Source: an uncultured Gammaproteobacteria bacterium (GTDB lineage Bacteria; Patescibacteriota; Microgenomatia; UBA10105; UBA927). Taken from it: 64,000 nucleotides of DNA. The number at the start of each line of letters is the position of its first letter. The stretch's first letter is position 1. The stretch covers positions 6,184 through 70,183 of the forward strand of contig CAYSEV010000003.1 in assembly GCA_964430295.1 (NCBI GenBank). The letters run 5' to 3'. The notes beneath the pieces are model-generated. The model ran no database searches and was not told the DNA's origin. It saw only the letters and a list, made by a program, of their open reading frames with translations. Positions 28,609-38,844 of this stretch are shown piece by piece. The position numbers were made by a program, and so were the translations under genes.

Positions 28609-29865
28609 ATGATTATCAACAGGTTATTCCCAAAACAAATAGTTAACAGTGTAGTAAAACTTCTTGATACAGTCGAGACTGACAACAGAAAGATGTTACA
28701 TCTTACTGCAAATGAAAACACACTATCCCCTCTTGCCATGCATTTTTATAAATCTTCACTGGGTATGCGATACGATTTTGGGAGAGGAAAAGATCGTGTG
28801 GTATCTGTAGATTTTTTTGGAAATTTTGCGGCAACAACCTATCCGGAATTACATGATATTTTTGACATTGCATACATAAATGCAAAATCAATGCTGCATG
28901 CACAGGAAGTCAATCTTCAATGTCTATCAGGTGCTCATGCAATGTTGTGCGCACTCATTGGATCAAGTGATCCTGGTGATGTGATAATGACTGTGAGAGA
29001 AGCTGATGGCGGGCATTTTTGTACTGAAAAAATTATTAAATCAATAGGTCGAAAACATGTGTTTGCAACATATGATGTAAAGAAACTGACATTTGATGTA
29101 GATAAAACAATTCAAACGTTTATAAAATCACATGCTAAGATTCTATACCTTGATACATCTGTTCTATTAAAACCGCATCCCCTAAAGGAATTAAGAGCAC
29201 GTCTCCCGAAGGACAGTATCATAATATATGATGCCAGTCATACATTAGGATTAATTATGAGCGGGTATTTTCAGTCTCCGCTTTTGGAAGGAGCGGATAT
29301 GATATCTGCTAACACTCATAAAACGTTCCCAGGTCCACATAAGGGAATATTAGCTTTTAAGACAAAAAAAATGGGTGACCATGTTAATTCGATTATTCAA
29401 AATAGTCTATATTCTACGTTTCATACTAATAATCAGTTAGCATTAGCCATTTCGATAATAGAATTGAAACTGTATGGGAAACAGTATGCAAAACAGATTG
29501 TTCATAACTCTAATGAATTAGGGCTTCAGTTGGAAAAAGCTGGATTTTCTATTAGAAAAGTTGATTCTGTTTATAGTCATAATCATCAGGTCCATATGTT
29601 TGTAGATAATGATGTTAGAAGTGTCGTAAAGCTATTGCGTGACAATGGAATTGCAGTAAGCACAAGTGATGCTTTAGGTGGAAAATCATTTATTAGGATA
29701 GGAACCCAAGAGATCACAAAAAGAGGAATGAAAGAATCAGAAATGGCTTATATAGCAAAATTAATACGAAATATTTTTGAAGGACGCACGATGTTGAATG
29801 AAGTGATTTCATTTAACAACAAATACGATAAAATTCTTTATTGCCTGCCGTTTGAAGAAAAGTAA
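28609..29865 (+). CDS. serine hydroxymethyltransferase-like PLP enzyme (SHMT/threonine-aldolase-like fold-type I)
   Basis: 418 aa. MLHLTANENTLSP is comparable to the SHMT ASEN motif. ANTHKTFPGPHKGIL is comparable to the SHMT T-T-H-K-T-L-R-G-P-R-G-G PLP-lysine block. Confidence 0.55.
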   Translation: MIINRLFPKQIVNSVVKLLDTVETDNRKMLHLTANENTLSPLAMHFYKSSLGMRYDFGRGKDRVVSVDFFGNFAATTYPELHDIFDIAYINAKSMLHAQEVNLQCLSGAHAMLCALIGSSDPGDVIMTVREADGGHFCTEKIIKSIGRKHVFATYDVKKLTFDVDKTIQTFIKSHAKILYLDTSVLLKPHPLKELRARLPKDSIIIYDASHTLGLIMSGYFQSPLLEGADMISANTHKTFPGPHKGILAFKTKKMGDHVNSIIQNSLYSTFHTNNQLALAISIIELKLYGKQYAKQIVHNSNELGLQLEKAGFSIRKVDSVYSHNHQVHMFVDNDVRSVVKLLRDNGIAVSTSDALGGKSFIRIGTQEITKRGMKESEMAYIAKLIRNIFEGRTMLNEVISFNNKYDKILYCLPFEEK

Positions 29866-31190
29866 TGAATATCCGTTATAAAGTCGTGTATACTTTTTTT
29901 TGTAACATGTGGTATAAAGAAAAATTTGTATAATATAGTCTTGATTTTTTTTGATCGCTCAAATTCAAAAACTGTATTTTTAGCGTATATCCAGTATTTA
30001 TTCTCAATCTCCTTCGAAAACCTTTTCATCTTGCCTTTATGAAGTATTACTCCACAGGTGAGGCTGTACGGAGAGCTTATTATCAATGAATTGGGATATG
30101 TTTCTTTAATAAATAGTATGAATTTCTCTTTTAACTTAAGTTGTTGGTTAATGATATTTCTAAAACCAGTTTTACCGTATCTGTGTATGACTGCCCATAT
30201 TGCCGCAGCGGATGCTCCTGGTCTTGATCCTAACAGTGTATTGTCCCGTATTGAAAATACCGGAACTTCTTTTTCAATCAGCTCCTTGAGTCGTTTTGAA
30301 CATAACACGACTCCCGCAGGATACGGAACAGCTGTAAATTTGGAAAAATCGACCGAATATGCATGGACATATTTTGAGTTTAACGGTCTATACTTGCTAT
30401 GTGAAAATGGCAATACGAATCCATCAAATGCAGCATCTATAATAATAGAGAAAAATATATCTTTGAAGTCTGCTTGAATTTTTTCAATCATAGAAGATAC
30501 AAGTTCAGTATCGTCGCTCGTTCCGGTTTCTGTGTACCCATGTGTCAACGAAATAATAAAGCCCCGCATTCCTGATTTAATTTGACTTCTTATTAATTGC
30601 TCGAGTGACGGTATATCAATGGTCCAAGATACACTGTTAAGTGGAGAATCTTTCATGCCAATAGACGTCATTGAACATGCTTTATCGATAGAGTAATGAG
30701 TAAGAGTTGTTTTTATAAGGCATATATTATCCAAAGGAATCTTTGTTTGAAGGTATGATTTAGCAATCCAAACAGAATATATATTCCCCTCCGTTCCTCC
30801 AGAAGATACATATCCTTCCAGCAATTTATGGTTTCCACCGTATAAATCTATTAATTTATGAATAACTTCATATTCTAATTGTCGAGTTCCACTTTTATCA
30901 TTTGTTGTGCTCCAGACTCCAAGATTATTAGGATTATAGCGTAGGAAGCTCCTATACACGTGTAACGCAAAAAAATTAACTTTAGGATACAGCGTTCCGA
31001 TATTATGAGTAAGATCACTTTTTCTTAAATCGATAATTGCAGAAAAAAGCCTCGCAATTACCCGCAAAAAACCTGCTGAGCGTTTAGGAAATTGTGTTTT
31101 TGTAAGAGGAGTGTAATATGATATTAGAGGGAGCATTGAATAATACCGTATTCGGTTACTCATTTTTTGCGAAAAAAGCTGAAAATTCAT
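29838..31190 (-). CDS. PLP-dependent group II amino-acid decarboxylase, paralog B
   Basis: 450 aa. VSSGGTEGNIYSVWIAKSYL. The overall architecture parallels the ORF at 25795 (e.g. TLTHYSIDKACSM vs SFTHYSILKAAKM). Confidence 0.65.
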   Translation of the reverse strand: MNFQLFSQKMSNRIRYYSMLPLISYYTPLTKTQFPKRSAGFLRVIARLFSAIIDLRKSDLTHNIGTLYPKVNFFALHVYRSFLRYNPNNLGVWSTTNDKSGTRQLEYEVIHKLIDLYGGNHKLLEGYVSSGGTEGNIYSVWIAKSYLQTKIPLDNICLIKTTLTHYSIDKACSMTSIGMKDSPLNSVSWTIDIPSLEQLIRSQIKSGMRGFIISLTHGYTETGTSDDTELVSSMIEKIQADFKDIFFSIIIDAAFDGFVLPFSHSKYRPLNSKYVHAYSVDFSKFTAVPYPAGVVLCSKRLKELIEKEVPVFSIRDNTLLGSRPGASAAAIWAVIHRYGKTGFRNIINQQLKLKEKFILFIKETYPNSLIISSPYSLTCGVILHKGKMKRFSKEIENKYWIYAKNTVFEFERSKKIKTILYKFFFIPHVTKKSIHDFITDIHYFSSNGRQ

Positions 31191-31205
31191 ATAGCAATTT
31201 TAAAA

Positions 31206-32189
31206 TTACCAACGGTAATGCACGTCATTTTTTACATAGGTATCATAGATATGTTTTATAGCTTTCATATTTGCCTCTGATAGCTTGGGTAAATCACTTG
31301 AAGCAGCATTTTCCTTTATTTGCAATGGTGTTTTCCCTCCAACGATAACTGTAGATACTGCGTCCTGCATTAAAATCCATTTAAGTGCAAACTGGGCCAT
31401 TGTATAATCTTTACCTTTAAGTGATTTAATTTTTCTGACTGCAGATAATCCTTTATAGAAATCAACACCTGCGAAAGTTTCTCCTTGATCAAATACTTCT
31501 CCGTGCCTATTAAAATTTCTATGATCATTTTTTGGGAATCTAGAAAATATAGAAAACTTTCCAGTCAAAAGGCCACTTGCAAGAGGCACTCTTACGATGA
31601 TGCCTATATTTCTTTTTTTTGCCTCTCTAAATAGAAGCTCCATAGGTCTTTGTCTAAACATATTAAAAATAATTTGTATTGTAGAAACATTTGGGTACTC
31701 TATTGCTTTAAGTGCCTCTTCGACTTTCTCGACACTCACACCATAAAAGCGAATTTTTTTCTTCTTCACCATCTCATCTAAAAATGAAAACACTTGTGGC
31801 ATGTAATATACTTCAGTTGGCGGTGTATGAAGTTGTAATATATCGATACATGAGGTATTTAAGTTCTTTCGACTCTGCTCTATATATGCGTGCATGTTGC
31901 TTTTTGTGTATGCATCTCTAGTATGTGGATCGGATTTTCTGCCTATTTTTGTAGCGACAATAATGCGTCTACCAGCATTTTGTATATATTCACCGATAAA
32001 TTTTTCACTTCTTCCGTTTCCATATATATCCGCCGTATCTATGAAATTTATACCAGTATCAGATATACTTGATAATGCTGTTCTAGCCTGCTCGTCCGAC
32101 ACAGTACCCCATCCACCCCCTATGCCCCAACTACCATATCCTATCTCAGAAACTTTATATCCGGTTTTTCCTAAAGTTCTATATTTCAT
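31206..32189 (-). CDS. aldo/keto reductase
   Basis: 327 aa. MKYRTLGKTGYKVSEIGYGSWGIGG...FIDTADIYGNGRSE is the classic AKR N-terminal signature. Confidence 0.85.
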   Translation of the reverse strand: MKYRTLGKTGYKVSEIGYGSWGIGGGWGTVSDEQARTALSSISDTGINFIDTADIYGNGRSEKFIGEYIQNAGRRIIVATKIGRKSDPHTRDAYTKSNMHAYIEQSRKNLNTSCIDILQLHTPPTEVYYMPQVFSFLDEMVKKKKIRFYGVSVEKVEEALKAIEYPNVSTIQIIFNMFRQRPMELLFREAKKRNIGIIVRVPLASGLLTGKFSIFSRFPKNDHRNFNRHGEVFDQGETFAGVDFYKGLSAVRKIKSLKGKDYTMAQFALKWILMQDAVSTVIVGGKTPLQIKENAASSDLPKLSEANMKAIKHIYDTYVKNDVHYRW

Positions 32190-32210
32190 AGATATTGTAA
32201 AATAAACACA

Positions 32211-33581
32211 TTAGTCCTCAATAATTTGAGCTGAAAAATATAGGTCACTTGAATGGTATGGTCGATTTTTGTTACACATAAAGCTGTATAACTTTCCCAA
32301 AAATGTTGCATCAAAGGCTTTTAATTCTGCCGCTAGTATATCCATTTCTGTCTTAAATGTCTTTCCGGCTGTACCATCCGTACGATCAAATATGTAAGAC
32401 ACGATATCATGTCTCTTTTTCTTTTCTATTACAGATTCACCAGACGTTTCAATATTTGTTATTATACGAAAGAGTTCACTAAAACCTCTTGCCGTATATG
32501 ATATTTTTTGAACTTCATGTATAGTCGGGAAATATTCACCCCATATCCCTTGAGATTTATCCGGATATAGAAAAATTGCAGGTTTACCTAGAGATAAAAA
32601 ATCCCCCGCTATGGTTGATAGATCTGTAACAAGAATGTCTGCTGCAATAAGTGTCTTATTCGGTCCAAGGTAGTTTGACCGTGTAGAATCATCAAAATAC
32701 GTATTTGCATATTTTTTGAGTGTTTTTATGATAGGGTCTTTTATTTGGTACTGATATATACAAATAGGATGAGGCCGAATGATTACATTAAAATTCATTT
32801 GTTTTGCATAAGAGCAAAAACGTTCTAAATTCCTAATATCATCTCGTTTTTTTCCTATCCCCCATATTTTTTGTGATTCCCAACTAGGGGCATAAACGAT
32901 CGTTCTCCTACTTGGATCTAGATTATACTCCTGTAATATTTTGTGCTTATCTAAGGTGTTTGTGTATAGCGTGTCATTTAATACTCTTCCTATGATTCGT
33001 ATTCGCTTATCGTTTGCATGTAGAGGTGTTCGCTTTATTACTTCATCTTTTAATAATGATCCAGTGACAAAAATTCTTGCATATTTAGAAAAAGATGGAA
33101 TATTATCTGCGTGAAAATACGGTGCAGGTCCAATTTCAAATAATTCACTATGAAATACCTGCACGATATTTTTTCGCATATAAGTTTCAATAATTGGCAT
33201 TGGCATATCTATCAACCAAATTGCACGATTTCCGTATATATTTTTAAGGAAGAGTACATATGGTATAAATGCACGTTGCCATTGTGAATGTGTTATATGT
33301 TCTGACGGCTTAAGAGTACAATATTCAGGTGAACAATGCCCCAAATAATGCGTTAGAAATGGCATGTTGAATAGATACTTGTTTTTAATCCATTTAGGAG
33401 AGTTATTATAACTTTGCGCATTTGTATATATCATTATCGGGAGAATTGAATTCGAATCTATTAAATGTTTATAGTAGGCGTCCATATTTCTACCACATCC
33501 TAGATCCGATTCAATCGCCATAATCATGCATGGAACTTTATTATTTCCCCGGCGAGTAAAACTGTTAAATTCTGATATCAT
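32211..33581 (-). CDS. CDP-glycerol/CDP-polyol phosphotransferase, TagB/TagF family (teichoic-acid-type polymerase/primase)
   Basis: 456 aa. IVYAPSWES compares with the TagF YAPTWR block, and VIIRPHP compares with the TagF KxHP block. The C-terminal GT-B-like half has the conserved His. Confidence 0.55.
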   Translation of the reverse strand: MISEFNSFTRRGNNKVPCMIMAIESDLGCGRNMDAYYKHLIDSNSILPIMIYTNAQSYNNSPKWIKNKYLFNMPFLTHYLGHCSPEYCTLKPSEHITHSQWQRAFIPYVLFLKNIYGNRAIWLIDMPMPIIETYMRKNIVQVFHSELFEIGPAPYFHADNIPSFSKYARIFVTGSLLKDEVIKRTPLHANDKRIRIIGRVLNDTLYTNTLDKHKILQEYNLDPSRRTIVYAPSWESQKIWGIGKKRDDIRNLERFCSYAKQMNFNVIIRPHPICIYQYQIKDPIIKTLKKYANTYFDDSTRSNYLGPNKTLIAADILVTDLSTIAGDFLSLGKPAIFLYPDKSQGIWGEYFPTIHEVQKISYTARGFSELFRIITNIETSGESVIEKKKRHDIVSYIFDRTDGTAGKTFKTEMDILAAELKAFDATFLGKLYSFMCNKNRPYHSSDLYFSAQIIED

Positions 33582-33645
33582 AGAATTAAATTATGAAGGA
33601 ATAAATATAGTGGGTAGTATACCTGAGAATAGTATCTATTAAAAT

Positions 33646-34275
33646 ATGAAGATTGCATTTATAGGGATGTCCGGGTGCGGTAAAACGTATTGGTCATCTA
33701 AAATACATAAATTAGGATATTCACTCATAGGGTGTGATGCACAGATTGGCAAAAAATTGTCAGGTGAAATGGCTGAGCTAACACGATCAAGTGGAACCGA
33801 AGACGTTTCGCGATGGATGGGACAACCTTTTGAGTCACAGTACGCTAAACATAGTCGTATGTATCTCTATTACGAAAATGAGGTAATGCAAGAAGTTATA
33901 TCTTTTGTTGAGCATTCTTCAGATGTTGCTAATATTGTTGTAGATACCACAGGTAGTCTCGTATATGTCAAAAAGTCAATTTTGCAAAAGCTAAAAAAAC
34001 AATTGACTTTTGTATACTTAAAATCTCCCCAATCACGAATAAAAACTATGATTCAACAGTATTTTGATGATCCAAAACCTATAATTTGGGGTGATTTTTA
34101 TGTAAAGAACAGTGTTGAGTCGAATATAGAATCAATAAAGCGATGTTATCCTTCTATGCTTGAGTATCGTAGCCGTATATACGAATCACTGGCAGACGTT
34201 ACATTGGATGTGGATAAATTATCAGACAATACTATTACTGCAGAAACGGTACTGAAAATGATTTCTCTCGATTGA
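33646..34275 (+). CDS. P-loop small-molecule kinase (shikimate-kinase/AAA_33-like fold)
   Basis: 209 aa. Walker A IAFIGMSGCGKTY lies right at the N-terminus, a size and layout like shikimate/gluconate kinases. The substrate is unknown. Confidence 0.5.
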   Translation: MKIAFIGMSGCGKTYWSSKIHKLGYSLIGCDAQIGKKLSGEMAELTRSSGTEDVSRWMGQPFESQYAKHSRMYLYYENEVMQEVISFVEHSSDVANIVVDTTGSLVYVKKSILQKLKKQLTFVYLKSPQSRIKTMIQQYFDDPKPIIWGDFYVKNSVESNIESIKRCYPSMLEYRSRIYESLADVTLDVDKLSDNTITAETVLKMISLD

Positions 34276-34294
34276 TATAAACATATGGAGACAT

Positions 34295-35044
34295 TTATGT
34301 CAGCCCCAAAATATGCATATTAATATCCTCTAAATCCTTGGGTGTGTCTACATCGCACCAGAAATCAGCAGTCGTATTATCACAATAGTAAACGCTATCT
34401 CCTTGGTCAATGATTTTTTGAAAAGCATACTCAGGAAATTCTTTATATTTTCGCTGTTTCATAATATCGTTTAATGACTGAATTACAACTGGACTTGCAT
34501 ATTTATCAACGTAGTCTATTCCCTGGGCTATCCCATATGCATCTGTAGCTGATATGTGTTTTCCGTATTCAATAACAGTCCCCGTCTTCTGGTTAACACT
34601 GACTGCAAAATCCTCATCGGTATTTTTCCTCCTTTGTTCAACTGCTGAAACTATACTTTTTTTGCTCTCAATAAGTCGTATCAAAATCTCCTTGTTGTAA
34701 TATAGATCTCCTGCCAGTCGAAAAAAATCTGAATTATATAATAACGGGCTCGCACAATAAAAAGAATATATACTATTTCGCTGAAGATAGTGTTTGTTAA
34801 ATACAAAAGTAAAATGTATATCAGGAAAAAACTTTTCTGTAAATTTCTTTATCTGATCTGCTTTATAACCTACGACTAATATAATATCTGATATTCCAAT
34901 TGTCCTTATATTATTTATGCTATACCACAACAACGGTTTTTCATGAACCATAAGGAGACTTTTATGGGTAATCCCGGAATAGGGCAACAACCTTCCCCCA
35001 TCACCGGCCAAGAGTATTACAGCTTTAGTCTTTGTTATATTCAT
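34295..35044 (-). CDS. alcohol/sugar-phosphate nucleotidyltransferase (LicC/IspD/TarI-like cytidylyltransferase)
   Basis: 249 aa. AVILLAGDGGRLLP is the G-x-G-x-R nucleotide-binding loop of the NTP_transferase fold. Its size matches TarI/LicC. Its start shares TAATG with the stop of the upstream methyltransferase. Confidence 0.6.
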   Translation of the reverse strand: MNITKTKAVILLAGDGGRLLPYSGITHKSLLMVHEKPLLWYSINNIRTIGISDIILVVGYKADQIKKFTEKFFPDIHFTFVFNKHYLQRNSIYSFYCASPLLYNSDFFRLAGDLYYNKEILIRLIESKKSIVSAVEQRRKNTDEDFAVSVNQKTGTVIEYGKHISATDAYGIAQGIDYVDKYASPVVIQSLNDIMKQRKYKEFPEYAFQKIIDQGDSVYYCDNTTADFWCDVDTPKDLEDINMHILGLT

Positions 35045-35961
35045 TATAATGTTTCAGGCCATCGCGACTTCAAAGTAAGGTTTATAAATCGGGAAATACG
35101 GTTTAGGTCTATCAGGTTCGATGCCGGTTTATGACATAGAATAATAGTCCTCCAGCTTCCTTTACTCCACGTTGACTCGTTATAGTTTCCATATAAATTT
35201 TGAATTTCAAAACCGACATGTTCAAGCATTTGTTTATACTGTTTAAGGGTATACTGAATCATATAGTAATGAAAATATCCTGATTTACCGTTCTTTTGCC
35301 ATTTTCTGTGGTATGAATCTAACTGAGCATCCTCGTAATATAAATCGGTATCTATAAGGTTGTATCCATCAACAGTATTCTTCTTGACGTATTTGTACAC
35401 TCCTGGGCGTACTTTTTTACCGTATTTCTTAATATACGAAACATGTTCATATGCATTAATAACATCAATCAAAAATTTTCCTCCAGGTTTGAGAGCATTA
35501 AATATTCGGTGAAGAACATCTATATTCTCTTCGTGTGCAAAATATCCAAAAGCAGAATATAAGGATAAAATAACATCATAGGTATTATGGTCAGCTAGTT
35601 CTCTCATGTCCTTTTTTATAAACGTAACTGATGAATTATTTTTTTTTGCCTCTTTTCTAGCAATTTTGAGGAAATAATCAGAATAATCCAGCCCTGTTAT
35701 TTTTAAATTTGCTTTTGATAGTTCAATTGCATGTCTTCCGTGTCCGCAACCTAAATCAAGGATATTATGTGTTGGACGTAGTGGAACTATTTTGCGTATA
35801 AACGAGGCTTCATCGCGGGAGCGGCTTTGAGATAAAACCGGATTATAAAGGTGGTAATATGTTGCTCCAAATTGTTTTTTCCACCAAGTTTTTGGAGTTT
35901 TTGATGGTAAAGAAAAAATAGAAGTCATAGTGTATATACGTTTGGTATATTTTGTATCCAA
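35044..35961 (-). CDS. class I SAM-dependent methyltransferase (Methyltransf_11/25-like)
   Basis: 305 aa. ILDLGCGHGRHAIELS is SAM motif I. It overlaps the upstream decarboxylase gene by 37 nt. Confidence 0.75.
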   Translation of the reverse strand: MDTKYTKRIYTMTSIFSLPSKTPKTWWKKQFGATYYHLYNPVLSQSRSRDEASFIRKIVPLRPTHNILDLGCGHGRHAIELSKANLKITGLDYSDYFLKIARKEAKKNNSSVTFIKKDMRELADHNTYDVILSLYSAFGYFAHEENIDVLHRIFNALKPGGKFLIDVINAYEHVSYIKKYGKKVRPGVYKYVKKNTVDGYNLIDTDLYYEDAQLDSYHRKWQKNGKSGYFHYYMIQYTLKQYKQMLEHVGFEIQNLYGNYNESTWSKGSWRTIILCHKPASNLIDLNRISRFINLTLKSRWPETL

Positions 35962-37196
35962 TTTTGAGCGATAGAATAGGTTAGAGCACCCTGATTAAGT
36001 ATTGTAACAACATCTCCGATATTCATATCTTTGGCATAACATGCATACCCCCATAAATCACGTGTTGTGCACAAATTTCCGTACATAGTATTTATAATTT
36101 CTTTGTCTGATGGTCTAGTCAGATTTATGGCCGGAAAGTATTCATACATATATCGCTGCCACCCGACCATATTTATGCCGCCATCAAGAATAGATACCGC
36201 AGTGTTTTTAATATCGACGATTGATAACACAATATGCATTGCCCTATTACAGATAATTCTGCCTGGTTCTGCATAGTAATCTGGTGTTATGAGAGGTTCT
36301 AAATACGTATGTATTGCTTTTGAGATCGCACTAGCATATTTTTTGAGTTCTATTGCTTCTCTTAGTTTAAATTCATTTGAAAATCTTCGTTTTACATCAT
36401 CATATGAACTATGTACGTTGTTGTGTGAATCTTTAGAGAATTCGTATGGGTAATATCCCTCTGATTCATACGGTTCAAATCCCCCACCGAAATCTATATA
36501 TTTTATAGTTTCTCTTTCTTGTTTAGAAAAGTGACTAAGTTGATCAGCTAATTCCTTAATACTTTCAACATATGCAACTGCATCTTTATTTCTGGATGCA
36601 TGAAAATGTATGCCCTGAATATGTATGTACGGATACTTGTAAGCCTGCTTCCAAAATACACGAAGCTGATCAATATCTATGCCGAATTTAACCCATTGCG
36701 GCAATGCTTTTACGTGTATACGTACACCAATGGTTATATGTTTTTTAAGATTGTTGGTTATTGTTCCTAATCGATCTAGTTCAAGAAAACTGTCAACGTG
36801 AATGCGTACATATTTTGTATGTTTAACCGCATATAAAAGTTCATGATTTTTTTTCCCTGGACTATAATATAGTATATTTTTACACCCTAATTTTATTGCA
36901 TCAGTAAGCTCAACGCCGCTTGCAACATCAAGACCATACCCATGTAAGAGTGCTTCTTTAACCAATGGTCGATAATTATTTATTTTATATGCATAAAACG
37001 GGTGAAAGTTAGGTATATGTGTTGAGAAAATATTAACAAAATTTTCTAAGTCCTCCTGAAGCGCCTGTTTGTCGAAGACATAAAAAGGAGTTTCATATTT
37101 TTTTGACAACATCAAGATTTTTTCACGGTTGTTTTTTGTAAAAGATTTCACAATCTTCACGAATTGTCGCTGATGTTTAATGTCGCCAGTTTTCAT
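35925..37196 (-). CDS. PLP-dependent fold-type III decarboxylase (Orn/DAP/Arg decarboxylase family)
   Basis: 423 aa. YAYKINNYRPLVKEALLHGYGLDVASGVELTDA is the N-terminal TIM-barrel PLP-Lys region. IDFGGGFEPY is the G-G-G-F/L motif. ATGA overlap with the ABC ATPase stop. Confidence 0.7.
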   Translation of the reverse strand: MKTGDIKHQRQFVKIVKSFTKNNREKILMLSKKYETPFYVFDKQALQEDLENFVNIFSTHIPNFHPFYAYKINNYRPLVKEALLHGYGLDVASGVELTDAIKLGCKNILYYSPGKKNHELLYAVKHTKYVRIHVDSFLELDRLGTITNNLKKHITIGVRIHVKALPQWVKFGIDIDQLRVFWKQAYKYPYIHIQGIHFHASRNKDAVAYVESIKELADQLSHFSKQERETIKYIDFGGGFEPYESEGYYPYEFSKDSHNNVHSSYDDVKRRFSNEFKLREAIELKKYASAISKAIHTYLEPLITPDYYAEPGRIICNRAMHIVLSIVDIKNTAVSILDGGINMVGWQRYMYEYFPAINLTRPSDKEIINTMYGNLCTTRDLWGYACYAKDMNIGDVVTILNQGALTYSIAQNWIQNIPNVYTL

Positions 37197-37948
37197 AGTG
37201 GAGACGTGTATTCAAGGTTCTTTCCTTGCATAGATTTATAGAATTGATCTACCAATTCTTTCGATCCACTGTGTTCAACCTGTCCATTTCTTAATACAAC
37301 AATTCTATTGCAGTTATTTTTTACATATGAAAGCCAGTGCGTCACCAAAAGAATGGTCGTCCCTTTTTTGTAAAGCATTTCAATCGTTTTTAACGCTTTA
37401 TTTTGGAATTTTTGATCCCCTACATACATACTTTCATCAAGAATAAGTATGTCAGGATCAGAATGAATAGTGATGGAAAAGCTTAGCTTCAATTTCATCC
37501 CATCAGAATATGTAAAAAGTGGCGCATCGATAAACTGTCCTACATCAGAATACTCTATAATAGAGTTAAGTTTTGATGTTATTTCTTTTTCTCTCATGTT
37601 AAGAAGCATCCCCATCAGATAGATATTTTGAATGCCAGTTAATTCCGGTCTAAATCCTGCTTCAAGATTGATCAACGATACTATTCTTCCGTGAGTTTCC
37701 ACAGTTCCGGATGTCGGTGTTGTCACCCCTGATATTATTTTCAATAACGTGGTTTTCCCCGATCCATTGGGACCAATAATGCCGACTCTCTCCCCCTTCA
37801 TGAACTGTAGATTTATATCCTTTAACGCCCAAAAAGATTCATTTCTTCCTTTAAGTATTTTTTCCATCAGTGTTGGTTTTTCATGATGGATTTCATATTT
37901 TTTACTAATATGTGTAAGTTTTATTGCTATAGTGTTGTTTTTTTTCAT
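37193..37948 (-). CDS. ABC transporter ATP-binding protein, polysaccharide/teichoic-acid export type (Wzt/TagH-like, short form)
   Basis: 251 aa. Walker A GIIGPNGSGKTTLL. Signature/Walker B region ILILDE. Co-operonic with an ABC-2 permease. Confidence 0.85.
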   Translation of the reverse strand: MKKNNTIAIKLTHISKKYEIHHEKPTLMEKILKGRNESFWALKDINLQFMKGERVGIIGPNGSGKTTLLKIISGVTTPTSGTVETHGRIVSLINLEAGFRPELTGIQNIYLMGMLLNMREKEITSKLNSIIEYSDVGQFIDAPLFTYSDGMKLKLSFSITIHSDPDILILDESMYVGDQKFQNKALKTIEMLYKKGTTILLVTHWLSYVKNNCNRIVVLRNGQVEHSGSKELVDQFYKSMQGKNLEYTSPL

Positions 37949-38844
37949 ATCCAGTCATCAAAGTTTTTACTTTCTTGTATAAAGATGTAAATACCAAGTG
38001 CAAACATAATGCCAATAACAATACAATTAGAGACAATCATCAGTGGTCCCGGCAACGCCGTACCTACGAATGCATGTTGAAGTAATTGAATTATTGAGGT
38101 GAGCGGATTCAGTCGCCAGAGCCATATATATTTTGATGGCATTTGTGTAAGCGGGTATACAATAGGACTGGCATAAAACCAGACGATCAATAGAGCTGAA
38201 ACAAAAAAATTAATATCCCTATAACGTGTATTGAGTGCAGATGTAAGTAAGCTTATCCCTGATGTAAATATACATAAGAGTACAATGGCAATCACGCTAT
38301 ATGGGAGTGAGTACAGTGTCATTGTTCCAATCGTTATTGTTGAAATAACAAACAACGCTAAGGCAGCAAGAAAATGTATCAAATTAGACATGATGATAGA
38401 GAGTGGTATGACTGCTCTTGGAAATGACGCTTTCTTAATAAGTGATCGTTCGTATACGATTGACGGTGTTGATTTGGATAATGAAAGTGAAAAAAAGTTC
38501 CATACAAGAAGTCCAATAAAAAGAAAATAGTTATAGTTTTTAATTGGTTCTTTGATAAATAATGGGAAAATGAATCCAATTATCAGCATTTGTAACAATG
38601 GATTTGCAACAATCCATACAAAACCGAAAACTGTATTTTTATATCTCGATTGCAATTCTGTTTCCGTTAATCTTGCAAGCAATTCAATAAATAGCTTCGT
38701 ATCTCTATTCATGGGTGTTATTATAGCCTTTATATTTGTTTTAGGTAATCCCTTTAGGAAGGTTATTTCAATACATATAGAATTTCTATGAACTATCATC
38801 CTCAAATTTCCCCTTGCATACCTCCAGAAATGCATGATATGCAT
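37945..38844 (-). CDS. ABC-2 type transporter permease (Wzm/TagG-like); real start probably Met45 (about 38712)
   Basis: Six TM helices. The N-terminal LARLTETELQSRYKNTVFGFVWIVANPLL is typical of the ABC-2 polysaccharide exporter start. The annotated start would overlap the upstream aminotransferase by 59 nt. Confidence 0.75.
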   Translation of the reverse strand: MHIMHFWRYARGNLRMIVHRNSICIEITFLKGLPKTNIKAIITPMNRDTKLFIELLARLTETELQSRYKNTVFGFVWIVANPLLQMLIIGFIFPLFIKEPIKNYNYFLFIGLLVWNFFSLSLSKSTPSIVYERSLIKKASFPRAVIPLSIIMSNLIHFLAALALFVISTITIGTMTLYSLPYSVIAIVLLCIFTSGISLLTSALNTRYRDINFFVSALLIVWFYASPIVYPLTQMPSKYIWLWRLNPLTSIIQLLQHAFVGTALPGPLMIVSNCIVIGIMFALGIYIFIQESKNFDDWI